The position numbers were made by a program, and so were the translations under genes. Shown one piece after another: positions 42,473 to 56,224 of a stretch of 64,000 nucleotides of DNA (within the stretch, counting starts at the first letter, position 1; every line of letters begins with the position of its first letter). Location of the stretch: the NCBI GenBank assembly GCA_951406725.2, contig OX597824.1, positions 78,430,001 through 78,494,000 of the forward strand, given 5' to 3'. This DNA is from Octopus vulgaris. Its lineage: Eukaryota. The notes under the pieces are model-generated. The model ran no database searches, was not told where the DNA came from, and saw nothing but the letters and a program-made list of their open reading frames with translations.

Positions 42473-42512
42473 TATTCTTGACAAGTCATACAATGACGAA
42501 AACCGGTTGAAT
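42473..42512 (+). ncRNA. Hammerhead-like motif with non-canonical core in the Penelope pLTR (mirror copy on - strand at ~38765-38804)
   Basis: tattc-TTGACAA-gtca(tacaa)tgac-GAAA-accggt-t-gaata: stem I tattc/gaata, 4-bp stem II, palindromic AACCGGTT stem III; core deviates from CUGANGA. Confidence 0.5.
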
Positions 42513-42651
42513 AAATATATATTTATATATTTTATCAATTTCTCATTTTATTAAAATTTTCTTTCATTTGAGCATTCTGCATTTTTAAAAAAAATTTTTC
42601 CTTACTTATCATTTCTCCACGTGCGGTCAACACAACCCCACCATTTATTGA

Positions 42652-42719
<68 letters not shown>

Positions 42720-43799
42720 TGTATGTATGTATGTATCATGCGAGGACCTAGAAATACTTGGTATGGTGCCCAGGCGCGCAGAAAGCCTACCAGGGTGGAT
42801 CAGACCCTTTAGTGATGACTCTCACAACTGATCTAGGAGACGGAACGCTCTTACAGGAAAATCCTGCGATCGTTTTATCATCTGACGTGTGGCACACCGT
42901 GCACCTGTACAGGCCGTGTTAATTCGATGGAGAGAGTGTGCTTTGTTCAGCACAAGCAATGACCACTTTAAACAAGTCAAAGTGCCGGTTGTTCAGTAAA
43001 CCATTTTCAGTCAGTAACACCTGAGGTTTGGTGCATCGATGTGTGCTTCTTTTTTTTTTATTGAAGATACACATGCGGTGTCACAGGGCTTAGGAGTTGT
43101 TGAAGGTTATTTACTGAACCCTCATTCATCGTCTTCGATGAAAGGATCCACCATACATATATATGTGTGTGTGTGTGTGTGTGTCTGTGTGTATGTGTGT
43201 CTGTGTGTGTGTGTGTTTATATACGATCCTTTTGTCAATAATCGGCAAAAGTTTCAGAGTGACTCAGGCACCGAATGTTTCGTGCCTTGACTCTTATCAA
43301 AACTCTCGAACCTTGGGTCACTCTATTAACTTCTGGCCATTGTTGATAAAAACACATACATACTCACGTCTTGAATTTTATTTCCTTGTTTGCATCGCCA
43401 AACTTATATATAAACAATTGCAGCGTGAAAGGTGTTCATAAGCCATTTAAAAACACATAAAAACCGTTAGATTCACTTCAACATTTAAATTTAATTTGTG
43501 TCAAAATGGTTTCGTCTCTATGAAACCGCAACCTGTTCACTGACAAAACTAGATTATCTACATCTGGGATGTATATTCATTTAATGTTTTTTTTACAGAT
43601 AAGATTAAATGTTTTTATGTTCGCTGCTCGCAAACATTTTTGCCACTATATATATATATATACAAATTTCTTTATTCATAATTCTATTCATAAAATTTCG
43701 TCCAATTCATAAAATTCATAGTTTTTATATTTATCTGATAGTTCAATTAATCTAGTTGCTGATTTTAAGACTTCGTTTTTGCTGTGTAGTGCAGCTATT

Positions 43800-44200
43800 T
43801 CTCTGTTCGTCACCTCCTCCGCCTTCCTCGTTCTGTGTCTCTTGGCTGTTTTTCTTTTTTTTTTTTTTTTTTGGTCTCGGCTCGCTCAGCTTTTGCTTGT
43901 TCGAGCCTCCCATTTTCCTTTTGTTGTTTAATTTTCCTCCTGTTTCTCTCTCTCTCTCTTTCTTCCTCCTCGCTGCCTGATTCTTCTACACCTTCTTTAC
44001 AATATTTTTTAATGTGACCAAGTTGTCCACAGTGGAAACATCGGGGCTTACACCCCTCAACAAAGGTATTTAGAACTTCCTCCCCTACTTCCACGATTTC
44101 TGGTAGCTGTTCTAAAACTTTTGGGGTAGCCTGCAGTATGAGGTTAAGCGTTTGACCAATCCAATATGTATTCTCTGTGACGGTAGCCTGCAGAAGGTTA
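43800..44200 (-). mobile_element. LINE ORF1 (gag-like zinc knuckle) fragment, probably L1/Tx1
   Basis: CFHCGQLGHIKKYC (CX2CX4HX4C) preceded by VEGCKPR. Confidence 0.65.
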
Positions 44201-45124
44201 TAATTATCTTTCCTGTGACAACAGAAACAAGAAGAGATAGTGAGAGAATGTTGTGGTGAAAGAGTACAGCAATGTTCACCAACTACCTTCCGAAGCCTTG
44301 TTGAGCTTTAGGTTTTTTCACTCAATAAACACCTGGTCTGGGAATCGAAACGGCGATCTTATGGCCGCGAGTCAGCTGCCCTAACCACTGGGCCATTGCA
44401 CCTCCACGAATGAAGATATAATAAATAAATGTCGACATAAAACTAATGATAAATATTTCTGCCGTATACTATGGTTGAATAAACTGGAAATTAAAATTAA
44501 TTAGTATAATCAATAAAGTTTTAATTTACAGAATTAAATCCACATTTTTTTTTTATAAATTAATCAGAAGAGACGATAGGGAGAAACAGATATGATATAA
44601 ACAGACCCTTTTGTTGTGCTGAGATTGATGAGTTCGGTGCAATAATTGCAGCCGGATGGAAACAATTAATGATAGATAATTATTATTTATGGTTGCTAGT
44701 CTACAGTTTCTTCTGGCAACTTATTGTTATACATTATCTGACGTATATAATTGAATATAATTAAATGTTATTAAATATAGATAGAAAATATTCGTATTTT
44801 AACGCAACATACAGTGACATATTTGTTTGTACGTACAAGCTTATATATGTATGTTAACATGTACATATATATATATGTCTGTGTGTGTGTGTACATTATA
44901 CTCATGGTATACTATATACGTATACGATATACACTGTATATATTTTAGTTTTATATGTATTTGGTTGTCAGATAAATTCATTCGTTTCGTTTTAATATTA
45001 TTTGATTTAAAACGAAAAACATTTTGGTCGTAATTTCAAGTTTTTAATTTTTGTGTTTTATTTTTATCTTTTCAGTTTATTCTTTTCCAAATTTGAATAA
45101 ATTTTACCTTTTTACGGACATATT

Positions 45125-45430
45125 ACGACGGAGTGCCAACTGAAAGAAAAGAAAAGCGAGTATTTCTGATACCTATTTTTTGCTTTCCACTCGTGGCATT
45201 TGTGTATTTGTGATGTGTACAGAAAAGGTGTTATTATTGAAAGAACTGCATAGAAACGGTTTTTATGGTTTCAATGAGGTAAAATTCGACCTAACAGACT
45301 CCTCGTGTTCCGGCCAACATGTTCAGTTCAATGAGGATCGACTGAACGTTCCTTTCCACACGGGTTCACACCAGAAGATAGGATGCTTTCATTACACCGT
45401 CTCTGCAATTTTCACTCAGTGTGTAACCAA
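45125..45430 (+). mobile_element. Mariner transposase N-terminal remnant
   Basis: F..KFDLTDSSCSGQHVQFNEDRLN resembles the mariner F..G.FDL.D.PRSGRP..FDEDRL helix-turn-helix linker. Confidence 0.55.
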
Positions 45431-46939
45431 AATGAAAAAAAAAAATGAGAGAAGGGATGGTCATTCCTTAGGAATGACCATCCCTTCTCTTTGGTTAATC
45501 AGTATATAAATATGTATGTGTGCATATGAGTGCATGTAGATGTTTTTGAGTGTGTATCCAGATGGATGAGTGTTTTTGTATGGAAGTGTTAGAGCTCCAT
45601 ACGTTCGTATATTTATTTTATCATCATGAAGAACGAACTGAATACCATGCAAATTTAATTGGATGACCTTTCTGCCTATAGTTCAAGCAATGGAATTAAC
45701 ATGTCTGATTTAAATGACATCGATTGCTTCCGTAATTAAATTGATATTGATTTCAAATTTTGGCACACGCAGGTTTTCGCAATTTTCTGTAATTTGGGAG
45801 GAGAGGTTAAGATGATTTCATCAACCCCTGTGTTCAACTGATACTTATTTCATCGACCTCGAAAGGATGAAAGGTAAATTGGGTCCCGGCAGCATTTAAA
45901 CCCAAAACGTAAAGACGGATGAAATGCCGCTAAGCATTTTTTCCGTTGCAATACCAATTCTGCCAGTTGTACGAAAAGAAATTATTTCATTATTTCGACT
46001 TTGACAAGACGTAATCGTGAACAGAGAAATTTAAAATGTGCACTAAACTGTAAACGATGCCGAAAGTGTCATGACATTCGCTGAGATACACATCCTGATG
46101 GAAACATGTTCACTGCAATGTGAAAATGAGGCACTTAATAGCTGACAGGCCACCACAGCAACTCATGTCTTGAAGATAGTTATGATATATTGATTCTTTA
46201 ATAAGGGAGAGATGTTAAGACTAATGAATTGGTGAATGGACGTTTGAATTAATGAATGAATGATTGAATGGATGGATAGGTGGATGAATGGATGAAAGAA
46301 AGGAAGAAGTGGAGGAAATTTCAATATGACGAAAAGAAGGTAAAAAGAATACAAAGAAAGAAATAATGAGAAGAGACGAGAGACATGCTGAAAATGAAAC
46401 GGGGGAGGCAAAATCTAAAGGCAAGAAAGGAATGAAATAAGTACCAGTTAATGAAATAAGTACCAGTTTAGCACTAAGGCCAGTATAATCGACTTACACA
46501 CTGGTCTTGTGCCAAACTTTGAAACCATTATTGAATAAATGGAAGGCAGTAAGCTGGTAGAGTCGTTAGAACAACGGATAAAATGCTTAGCGACATTTCG
46601 CCCGTTTTTACGTCTTGAGTTCAAATTCCACCTACGTCGACTGTACCTTTCACCCATTCGGGGATCGATGCTATAATTACTAGTTGAATACCGAGGTCGA
46701 TCTAATCGACTAGCCACTCACCGCAAATTTCAATCCTTGTACCTGTAGTAAAAAGGATAATTGACTGGATGGGTTGGGATAAAAAAGCGATGTTGACCTG
46801 CTGAAATGTGAACTCTGATAGTAAAAGGCCGGAAAAAATACCGTAAGATATTTTTCTTCTGATTCTACCAGCTCCGCGCCGTAGTGGTATGTGTAAAACA
46901 AAAAAAAAATCAATGCAAAACCTATTATTAACTTCTACA

Positions 46940-47766
46940 AAGGCGGCGAGCTGGCAAACTCGCTAGCACGCCGGGCGAAATACTTAGCTGCATTTCGTCC
47001 GTCTTTACGTTCTGAGTTCAAATCAAATTAAATTCCACCGTGGTCGATTTTGTCTTTCATCATTTCAGGGTCGATAAAATAAGTAACAGTTGAGTGCTGG
47101 AGTCGATGCAATCGACTTACTAGCTCCCTGAAATTGCTGGCCTTGTGCCAAAATTTGAAACCATTATTATCTTCTACAGAAAATCGAAACGAAGTTAACA
47201 TTTGTTGTCCCTCTCAAGTGTTATTAGTTGCATACATAGAACGAGAGGAGAAACTCCCTTCAACAGAAAATCAAAACGAAGCCGGAAACAATTCACGTTC
47301 TCGAAGATTACTAGTGGAATATATAAAATAAAGTTCTACTTTTCGGAAGTGGTTTTAACTTATCATCTTTCTCGGAGAAATTTTTTTAATTTTCTACTCT
47401 AGACACAAGGCCCGAAATTTTGGAGGGAGTGGGCCAGTTGATTATAGGGACTCCAGTACACAGCTGGTACTTAATTTATCGACACCGAAAGGCAAAGTCG
47501 ATCTCGGCGGAATTTGAACTCAGAACGTAGTGGCAGACGAAAAACCTATTTCTTTACTACCCACAAGGGACTAAACACAGAGAGGACAAACAAGGATAGA
47601 CAAACGGATTAAGTCGGTTATATCGAGCTCAGTGCGTAACTGGTACTTAATTTACCGACCCCGAAAGGATGAAGCGCAAAGTCGACCTCGGCGGAATTTG
47701 AACTCAGAACGTAACGACAAACGAAATACGGCTACGCATTTCGTCCGGCGTGCTAACGGTTCTGCC
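46940..47766. mobile_element. SINE family A copies (46940-47165 on +; 47400-47766 tandem on -)
   Basis: Consensus match. Confidence 0.8.
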
Positions 47767-49738
47767 TTTGTGGGTATATTTAAAAGTGTTTATGATTTAG
47801 GCACAAAGCCAGCAATTTTAAAGATATTTTATTGATACCGAAATGTTGAAAGACAACGTTAACTTCACGGGAATTGAAGTCATAGCATAAAGAGCCGAAA
47901 CAAACAGTGCAAAGCATTTGTATCGATGTTCTGACGAATCTGTCAACTCATTGCTGTTGGGGTATACACGAAAGGATTTCTGATTTAGACAAAAGGTTAA
48001 CAATATTGAGGGTAAAAATTGGGTTAAAACGTAAAGTTGACTCGGCGTAATTTGAACTCATAAGGTAAAGACAGCCGAAATGCCGCTGAGCATTTTGTCC
48101 GGCGTGCTAACATAAAAAAAGTCGGAAGAAATACAGCGAGCTATTTTGCCAACGATTCTGCCAGCTCGCTGCTTTTGAAATGGTGGTGGAAAACTGTTTC
48201 ACAGAAAATCGAAGCCGAGTAATTCTTGAGCGAAATGTGAAATTAACTTCAGCTGAAAATCGAAGCCGAGTTGGAAATGTTTAACCTTCTCGAAGAGTAT
48301 TTGTGGAACATGTAAACTAAAGAAGAAATTCAACTTCTGCAAAAATTCGAAATTGCGTCTTTAATTCATCGTCCTTCTCAGATGAAATTAGAGGTAAATG
48401 CAGAAGGTAAATGGAAATTAGATCTATTCTCGTTATTCATAGGTATTTGGTTTAAAAAACAAAAACAAAAAAGTCATTTGTATCAGTGATAAATGAATAA
48501 TAGAATATATGGGGAAAATAGGTTTCGTTCCGAGACCCCAGGTCGCCCTTTGCATTTTCGATGGTTGCTAGATCGTGCTTTTGCGGTCCAAGCAGAATCT
48601 TTGACTGATCGCCGGCCCGTCTTATTATAGAGCAACTCGTGATAAACATAGCACAGTTCACAAGAGCGAACGCTCTTATCACGGATCAGTGACAAAGGAA
48701 TCAGTATAAACAAGAATAGATGTACCTACAACCGAATTTCGAAACCGTGTCGTTATAATTATTTTCTTCCTCCTCGAAGAGAATTCGTGATAAACATAAA
48801 ATGAAATTACCATCTCCTGGGAATTTAATCGAACATGATCGCCTGATTGTATTAACTGCGAACCTATCTCTTGTTCGACATTATTTGCTATAATAAATTG
48901 GAAATATGATCACACATTTTTTTCAAAAGAAGAACAAGAACAAGAACAAGAACAAGAAGTCATTAAATTTGTTTGAAAATACCGTCTTAAATAAATAAAG
49001 CTTTCCAAGCTAAAATAAAATAAAGGAAAACAACTGTAAATGAATTGAATAAATTTTAATTAAACAGACACAAAAGTAACACTAAAAAAAAACATGAAAT
49101 AAATTAACACACATTTCTTAACACTCTCGTCAATAAATATGTCCGCACACATCTTCCTAATTACACAATGTTGATGGCAGAACCATCTCTAAGTACGGAT
49201 ATATGTTTATACGGCTGTTAATGTGATCCTGCCATTGTTATCAGCATTGTATTCGTTATTATATTTTAAATGAAGGCGGTGAGGTGGTGGAATCTGCGAT
49301 GCTGTATTTGTTCAAATTCTTTATATTTTTAGTTCAAAATACTTCCGAGATCAAATTTGCCGTTCAACATTTCGGGGTTCATAAAATAAGTCACCGGTCA
49401 AGTACCGAGGTCGATTGTATCGACTAATCTCCATCCGCACAAAATTGCTCGTCTTGTGCCAAATTTGGAAACAATTAATTTTAATTTGTAAGAAGGCGGC
49501 GAACTTGCAATAGCGTTAGAACATCGGACGTATTTGTTATGGCTCTTTACGTATTTAGTTCAAATCCCACCGTGGTCAACTATTGCCTTTCAGCCCTTCA
49601 GAGTCGATAAAATAAAGTATTATTGAAGCATTGAGGTCGATGATATCGCCTAAGATTGAAACCAATCGAAAGCCCTAAAAGTCCAACCCCTCCTCAAAGT
49701 GGTAGGGTGGTGTAAACGGGCAGTGTCAGAGCTATACC

Positions 49739-49968
49739 TATTTCTTTATTACCCACAAGGGGCTAAACACAGAGGGAACAAACAAGGACAGATATAGGTA
49801 TTAAGTCGATTACATCGACCCCAGTGCGTAACTGGTACTCAATTTATCGACCCCGAAAGGATGAAAGGCAAAGTCGACCTCGGCGGAATTCGAACTCACA
49901 ACGTAACGCAGACGAAATACCGCTAAGCATTTCGCCCGGCGTGCTAACGTTTCTGCCAGCTCGCCGCC
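49739..49968 (-). mobile_element. SINE family A with short TSD CTATACC
   Basis: Consensus match; ctatacc on both sides. Confidence 0.85.
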
Positions 49969-49969
49969 T

Positions 49970-50820
49970 ATACCGTCGGGAACTTCGGTTCCTGGTAGGG
50001 CCACCCAAGGCGGATTGGTCTGGCACCGAGCGGTATTAGGGCCGCAGCCTGGCCAACGGGGCTCTGGTGAATATTCCAAGAGGCGTCTGATCGGCAACCG
50101 GTGGCTTCGAGGTCGTTCTGTCCCTGCGTCTGTGGAGAATCCGCGGCAAACAGGGCGTCCCGTCACTCGGGATATGCATGCGGGATGTCGGGGACCGCTT
50201 GTGAATTCAATGTTCCCACGAAACTTCTTCTATGAATCCTACTACTACCATGGCGGCTCGCTATCTCCAGTGACCTCGCACAGGACCATCGAGCATGGGC
50301 GGCTAATGATCGTGATGCCGTTAGCCGGCTCAACCCGCCCTGGGTGAACGCCGTCACAAGTACAAGTACACAAGTAAAGCTTTCAACAGAGTCAACTACC
50401 AATATTTGACGGCTGTTCTCACGGCAGCCAGTTTCGGTCCTCTCTTCCAAGGTTGAATCGCTACAATGTACTCAGCGAATGGGGTGAATGGCCAAACATC
50501 AGAACCATTCAGTGTTCTCCGCTTGATCCGTCAAGTTTGCCACCACTCGTTTCTCCTGTATATGCTGATTCTTTAGCATCTACTGCGGAAACTAGAAACT
50601 TTTGGGGAAATCCTGCGACACTTTGGAAGCAGAAGATCAGTATTGGTATACAGGGACGACGCCATTCTGTTGGACCCTATGTATGTTGGGATAATCAGCA
50701 CTGGTCTAAGGAACTACCAGGCGGTGCCAGGAGCAAAAACCAATGAAGGAAAGTCAGTGGGCCTGCGGCTTGGAACTTCAAGCGGCATGTCGATGCCGTC
50801 CAGTAACACGGCGGAACGCA
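49970..50820 (+). mobile_element. Rearranged L1/Tx1-like fragments
   Basis: 50700-50810 translates LRNYQAVPGAKTNEGKSVGLRLGTSSGMSMPS, paralleling IKVYETVGGAKVNREKSVGLQLCT*GGKSMPP at 29440-29530. The GC-rich 49970-50345 segment is assigned more tentatively. Confidence 0.55.
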
Positions 50821-50935
50821 ACAGATTCGAGATAAATTCTTCAGGCAAGAAAACATCACCAGGTGGAACTGCCAAAGCACTGCTGCCTAATAATAATAAT
50901 AATTATTATTATTATTATTACTGTCGCTACCATTA

Positions 50936-51152
50936 AGGCGGCGATCTGGCAGAATCGTTAGCACGCTGGGCAAAATACTAAGTGGCATTTCGTCCGTCTT
51001 TAAATCCTGAGTTCAACTTCCGCCGAGGTCGACTTTGCCTTTCATCCTTCCGGGGTTGATGAAATAAGTAGCAGTTGAGCACTGGGGTCGATGTAATTGA
51101 CTAGTTCCTCTTCCCCAAGAATTTCAAGCCTTGTGCCTATAGTAGAAAGGAT
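50936..51152 (+). mobile_element. SINE family A variant (different tail)
   Basis: Same head and core, with tail ccttgtgcctatagtagaaaggattatt. Confidence 0.75.
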
Positions 51153-51361
51153 TATTGTTGCCACCATTGTTATCTGCACCTTTCCCCCACCCTTCATCCT
51201 CTTCTCTCTTTTCTTCTTCTTGAAGGCTTCCGTCTGACTGTGTAGCAAGTTTCTTCCTTCCTTTCTTATATTTTCTATTTAATTGTGTATGTCTATGTCT
51301 GTATGTGTGAATGCCTGACTGTACATCTTCTTCCTTCTCTACCTCATTATCCACTTACTCT

Positions 51362-51445
51362 TCTCCTTTCCTCATCTCTCCTTTCCTCATCTCTCCTTTC
51401 CTCATCTCTCCTTTCCTCATCTCTTCTCTCCTCATCTCTCCTCTT
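51362..51445. repeat. 15-bp minisatellite (CTCCTTTCCTCATCT)n
   Basis: Four perfect and one to two degenerate units. Confidence 0.9.
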
Positions 51446-52699
51446 CTCCACCGCACGCATTTCTTTTAGACAATTTTTTTTTCTTGTTGATCACGGGTGT
51501 AGTATTTCTGCGAGACTTGTTGAAAGTTAAAGTTACCATTCCAATTATGATGTTATTTTGCCTTCATATCAAATGAATGCCAAGCAACACTTAATTGATT
51601 AAAATTCTAAGAACTTCATAAATGTTCGTTCCTTATATATTTCCTTGTTGTTATTTTTGCTTCTTATTATATTTTCCTTTACCGTTTTTCTTTTTACAAT
51701 TTCTCTCTGCCTTTTCTTATTTCTTTTCATTAAATTTTCTGTCTTTCTTGGTTTCTTCAAATATAATTCTTTTACCTTTAAACAAGATCTTTCCAGTTGA
51801 TTTAAATGTAAGGTTTCCAACAAATTGAAGTCAATTTAATTAATTACATATTACACATAATTGGTTTTGTTTGTGCCAGCTATATTAATTGTTTAAATAC
51901 AATCTCTTATGATTTTTGTTTCTTTTGTATATTTTATTTTATTTTATTTTTATCTTTTTAATTATTTCCTCGTATGTTCTATTTTTTTTTTATTGCCGTT
52001 GTTTTCCTCAGACAGAAAGATGACGGAATTTCTTTCATTTCCTCATCCATCCATACGTCAGTCCATCTATTCATTCACCCATCCATCCATCCATCCATCC
52101 ATTCATCCACCCATCCATCAATCCGTCCATCCATCCATCCATCCTTATATACATACATACATACATACATACATACATACATACATACATACATACATCT
52201 GTACATCTCTATATACATACATTCATACATACATCTGTTCATCTATTCATCCATCCATACATATATACATGCACATTTACACACATATTTATACATACGT
52301 ATATACATACATATATATAGTTATTCATTTAACTATATAGAAATGAAACGATTGCTTTTTACCCCTGTTCTCTGTTCAAAGTGGGTTCTTGGAAAATAAC
52401 AATGCACTTTAATTCATTTTCAATTAAATTCATTGTCATTATTATATATAAAAGCAAAGAACATTAGTACTGTCTCTTTCTCCTCCTCTTCCACCACAAC
52501 CTCCTCCTTATCCTCCCTCAAATATTTAACGATTCTTGTTTAGCCTCAGATTCAGTCAAAATCGGTCAACTACGTTCTTCCGATTTTTCTTTCAGATATC
52601 TAGAACTAGATCTTCCGGTGTATACTTGTGTTAAAACGAAATACGGCAGGGAGATTTCACTGCTATTTCCAGCGTGTCGATTCGTTTAGCCGTCATAGA

Positions 52700-53050
52700 G
52701 AGAGATACTTATGATAATAAGTACTTATGATCGGAAGTGCATAATTACGATCATAGTTACTTATGATCCTAAGTTTCTGTGACCTTAGAGACTTCTGATC
52801 AGAGGTGCCTACGATCATGAATCAAAATAAGTTCCTATGATCTCGGTCACTTACAATCAGAGGTTCGTATGAACTGGGAGACCAGTCACAGATACTTATG
52901 ATCTCAGTTTTATGACCTAAGATATTTATGAGTATGGGTATCTATGAGAGTATGTTCCCATGATCAGGAGTACCAACGATCATAAATTCCTATGATCTAG
53001 GACACCTACAGTCAGAGGTTTCTATGAACTCTGATTCTAGGTGTCATAGA
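52700..53050. repeat. Degenerate ~16-bp minisatellite (core TAYGATC)
   Basis: (c/t)tatgatc and tacgatc recur at ~16-nt spacing. Confidence 0.7.
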
Positions 53051-54233
53051 TCCCTTTATCGACCTCGATAGCATAAAAGGTAAAGTTTACTTTGGTGCTA
53101 TACGAATTGAGAACATCGAGAAATTTCAGAAAATATCGCAAGGTAGTTACTCCACAGCTCCACCGATTAACAAACGATGAGAGTATTGATACATGAGTGG
53201 GTAATTAAAGCTTTTGACAAAAGGCAAAAAATTAAGGAGAAATATGGCTGAAAGAATCGACCAAAACATTACTGGTATTGATTTTATCAAATCTGATGAG
53301 GGTAACTTCATAATCAACCTTAATGGGTGTTTTTACTTGCCACCAACACAGGTGCTATTTGCATGACACGGGTGCATTTACATGTCACGGGTGCCAGTTT
53401 ACATGACACAGGTATCTTCCACAACTGCAATTTTGCTTGGCTTAATAGGTCTTCTTCCATGAGGCCCAATGCATGTATTAAATGTTAACTCTTGGAAAAA
53501 TGAGTACTCAATACTATAGAGGTCATTGGTATATTTTATTTTGTTCATTACAGTCTCTTGTTACTCTGAGTCTCATCTGTGGCTACACAGGATGTTAAGG
53601 CAAGTCTTAACTTGCTTGAAGGTTATGTGCACCAGCAGACAAAATTTTGAGTCGGAAGAGACTGACTCAATTTCAATAAAATACATTACATTACATTCAT
53701 ACAATACATATGTAGTTGTGTAAGTGTGTATGAGGGAGAAAGAACAGTCACTTGTATATTTGTCAATATATTGTAGATAATCTGCCTCAACAAGTTTTAT
53801 CTGACGTATGTATGTGAGCTTGGGAAACGAAAGTTAATATGATGACAACAATGACGATAACAGTGACGAGGATATGAATGCAAACATGGCTGAATATTTA
53901 AGAAGTTCCCTTTGCAGTCATGAGATCCCAGGTTCAATCTCACTGCATTGCATTTTCGGTAAGCACTTTTATCAACACCTCAAGTTGGCCCAAGCTTTTT
54001 CTATGGACTGTAGCTTGTCAGTGTTGCATTGATTCAGCTTAAGAATTACATTAAGATTTCCATAGATCTTCGGAGTCCTCAACCAATTAGCTCTTTGTTC
54101 AATAACAAAGGACCATCCAGTTGATCGAAGGATCTGGATGTTTAGACATTGAAATTGACATTCATGTTATATATTCCCAATTGAATTTGGTTGCCATGGC
54201 TTTCCATGTAGATCAGGGTGTTATTTTCTGCAG

Positions 54234-54320
54234 AATATATGCCTGGAAGCTGGACAACTGAAGAAAGGCATGAAGGAAATAGACATGACGGCTCAAGATG
54301 GCTTTTGTTAATTAGAGATG
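54234..54320 (+). other. Candidate isolated 87-nt internal exon (unverified)
   Basis: ttattttctgCAG| acceptor, G|GTGAGT donor, open in phase 1-1 (YMPGSWTTEERHEGNRHDGSRWLLLIRD); no homology recognised. Confidence 0.2.
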
Positions 54321-54404
54321 GTGAGTTGAAATGGTTTGTAGGTGAAGGCTAGCTCAGTACTCAATGCTCCACTTGCCATTCACAAGTCAAATGCCTTCAT
54401 GTAT

Positions 54405-54820
54405 CTTTTACTCTTTTACTCTTTTACTTGTTTCAGTCATTTGATAGCGACCATGCTGGAGCACAGCCTTTTAGTCGAGAAAATCGACACCGGGACTTAT
54501 TCTTTGTAAGCCCAGTACTTATTCTATCGGTCTCTTTTGCCGAACCGCTAAGTTACGGGGACGTAAACACACCACCATCGGTTGTCAAGCAATGCTAGGG
54601 GACAAACACACACACACAAACACATACACACACAAATACATATATATACATATATACGACAGGCTTCTTTCAGTTTCCGTCTACCAAATCCACTCACAAG
54701 GCATTGGTCGGCCTGGGGCTATAGCAGAAGACACTTACCCAAGATGCCACGCAGTGGGACTGAACCCGGAACCATGTGGCTGGTTAGCAAGCTACTTACC
54801 ACACAGCCACTCCTGCGCCT
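54405..54820 (-). mobile_element. SINE family B
   Basis: Full-length consensus match; other partial copies at 6280-6570, 11208-11600, 58597-58852 and 63755-63990. Confidence 0.85.
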
Positions 54821-54823
54821 ATA

Positions 54824-54896
<73 letters not shown>

Positions 54897-54909
54897 GTGC
54901 ACTTTTAAA

Positions 54910-55140
54910 GCCTAGCCAGTCTTATGGGCCCGGTATCCCGGTTTCAATGGCGTATGTGTTCCCCAGCTGGACGGGACGCCAGTCCATCGCAGCGTTACTC
55001 GTTTTTGCCAGCTGAGTGAGCCTGGAGCAATGTGAAATGAAGTATTTTGCTCAAGAACACAACGCGTCGCCCGGTCCAGGAATCGAAACCACAATCTTAC
55101 GATCATATTGCTGACACCCTAACCACTAAGCCACGCGCCC
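54910..55140 (-). mobile_element. tRNA-derived SINE family D
   Basis: ggcgcgtggcttagtggttagg...ggtttcgattcc, ttcttgagcaaaa, gcgatggactggcgtcccgtcc; related copy at 16630-16862 (-). Confidence 0.75.
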
Positions 55141-55150
55141 TCACATATGT

Positions 55151-55241
<91 letters not shown>

Positions 55242-55332
55242 TATATATATATATATATATATATAGATAGATAGATAGATAGATAGATATATATATATAT
55301 ATATATATATATAGATAGATAGATAGATAGAT

Positions 55333-55374
<42 letters not shown>

Positions 55375-55798
55375 GTACATGCACACACACACACAACACA
55401 TTACATATTTTCTGTTTTTAACGAGTTCTATTGAACAATCTTATTCTTCACCATATCAATTAGACCACACGTACAAAAAGCATTGAAATGTTCCCCTTGA
55501 TCAATTTTTCTCGACAAAACCCCAGACAAATCGTCTGTAACCGGATATAATGGCTCCTTACTTAAACATACGAAACATTTCAACAGTTGTTATAGTATTC
55601 AATAAGAATGGGCGTTGTTCGGTTGTTTATTACAAGGTCTCAGATACCGGCGCCCTAAGGAATTGAATGATCCACGCACAATCACCTCAATATATACAAC
55701 TCTTACAACCGCTATTTACAGATATCTATATCGGTCTGTCTAGATCGGCGTGGGTATATACATGCACATACATGTATGCGTATAGATGTGAGTATCTG

Positions 55799-55878
<80 letters not shown>

Positions 55879-56025
55879 TGTATGTATGTATATATATATA
55901 TATATATATATATTGGCCTGCTCGCTTAGCCAGCGGGGTGGCGTCATTCGAAGGCTAAAACAATGCGAACGCATTGTGACCAGCGATGTTTAACAACATC
56001 TGATGGTCTGGTCGGTCACGTGATA

Positions 56026-56088
<63 letters not shown>

Positions 56089-56089
56089 G

Positions 56090-56224
<135 letters not shown>

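Larger units (their letters stand above)
38671..42652 (+). mobile_element. Penelope-like retroelement (Neptune-type), 5'-truncated, with an inverted pseudo-LTR copy at its 5' end, inserted in (TA)n
   Basis: RT + GIY-YIG ORF. 38671-39554 is the near-identical reverse complement of 41719-42606. (TA)n tracts lie on both flanks (~38642-38670 and 42654-42691). Confidence 0.95.

Noticed and set aside
42805-42855. gTGATGA-ctctc...gagac-GGAAcg hammerhead-like string
   Set aside because: Both core halves are mutated and there is no stem I.
43490-43550. Minus-strand tgtca-gtgaaca...gac-GAAA-ccatt-ttgaca hammerhead-like layout
   Set aside because: The core is too divergent to support; may be a PLE-derived vestige.
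48452-48713. Two overlapping minus-strand ORFs in complex sequence
   Set aside because: No recognisable domain or splice signals; more likely an unclassified transposon fragment.
52700-53050. CRISPR-like periodic pattern
   Set aside because: Eukaryotic context; ~16-bp degenerate units without unique spacers, so a minisatellite.
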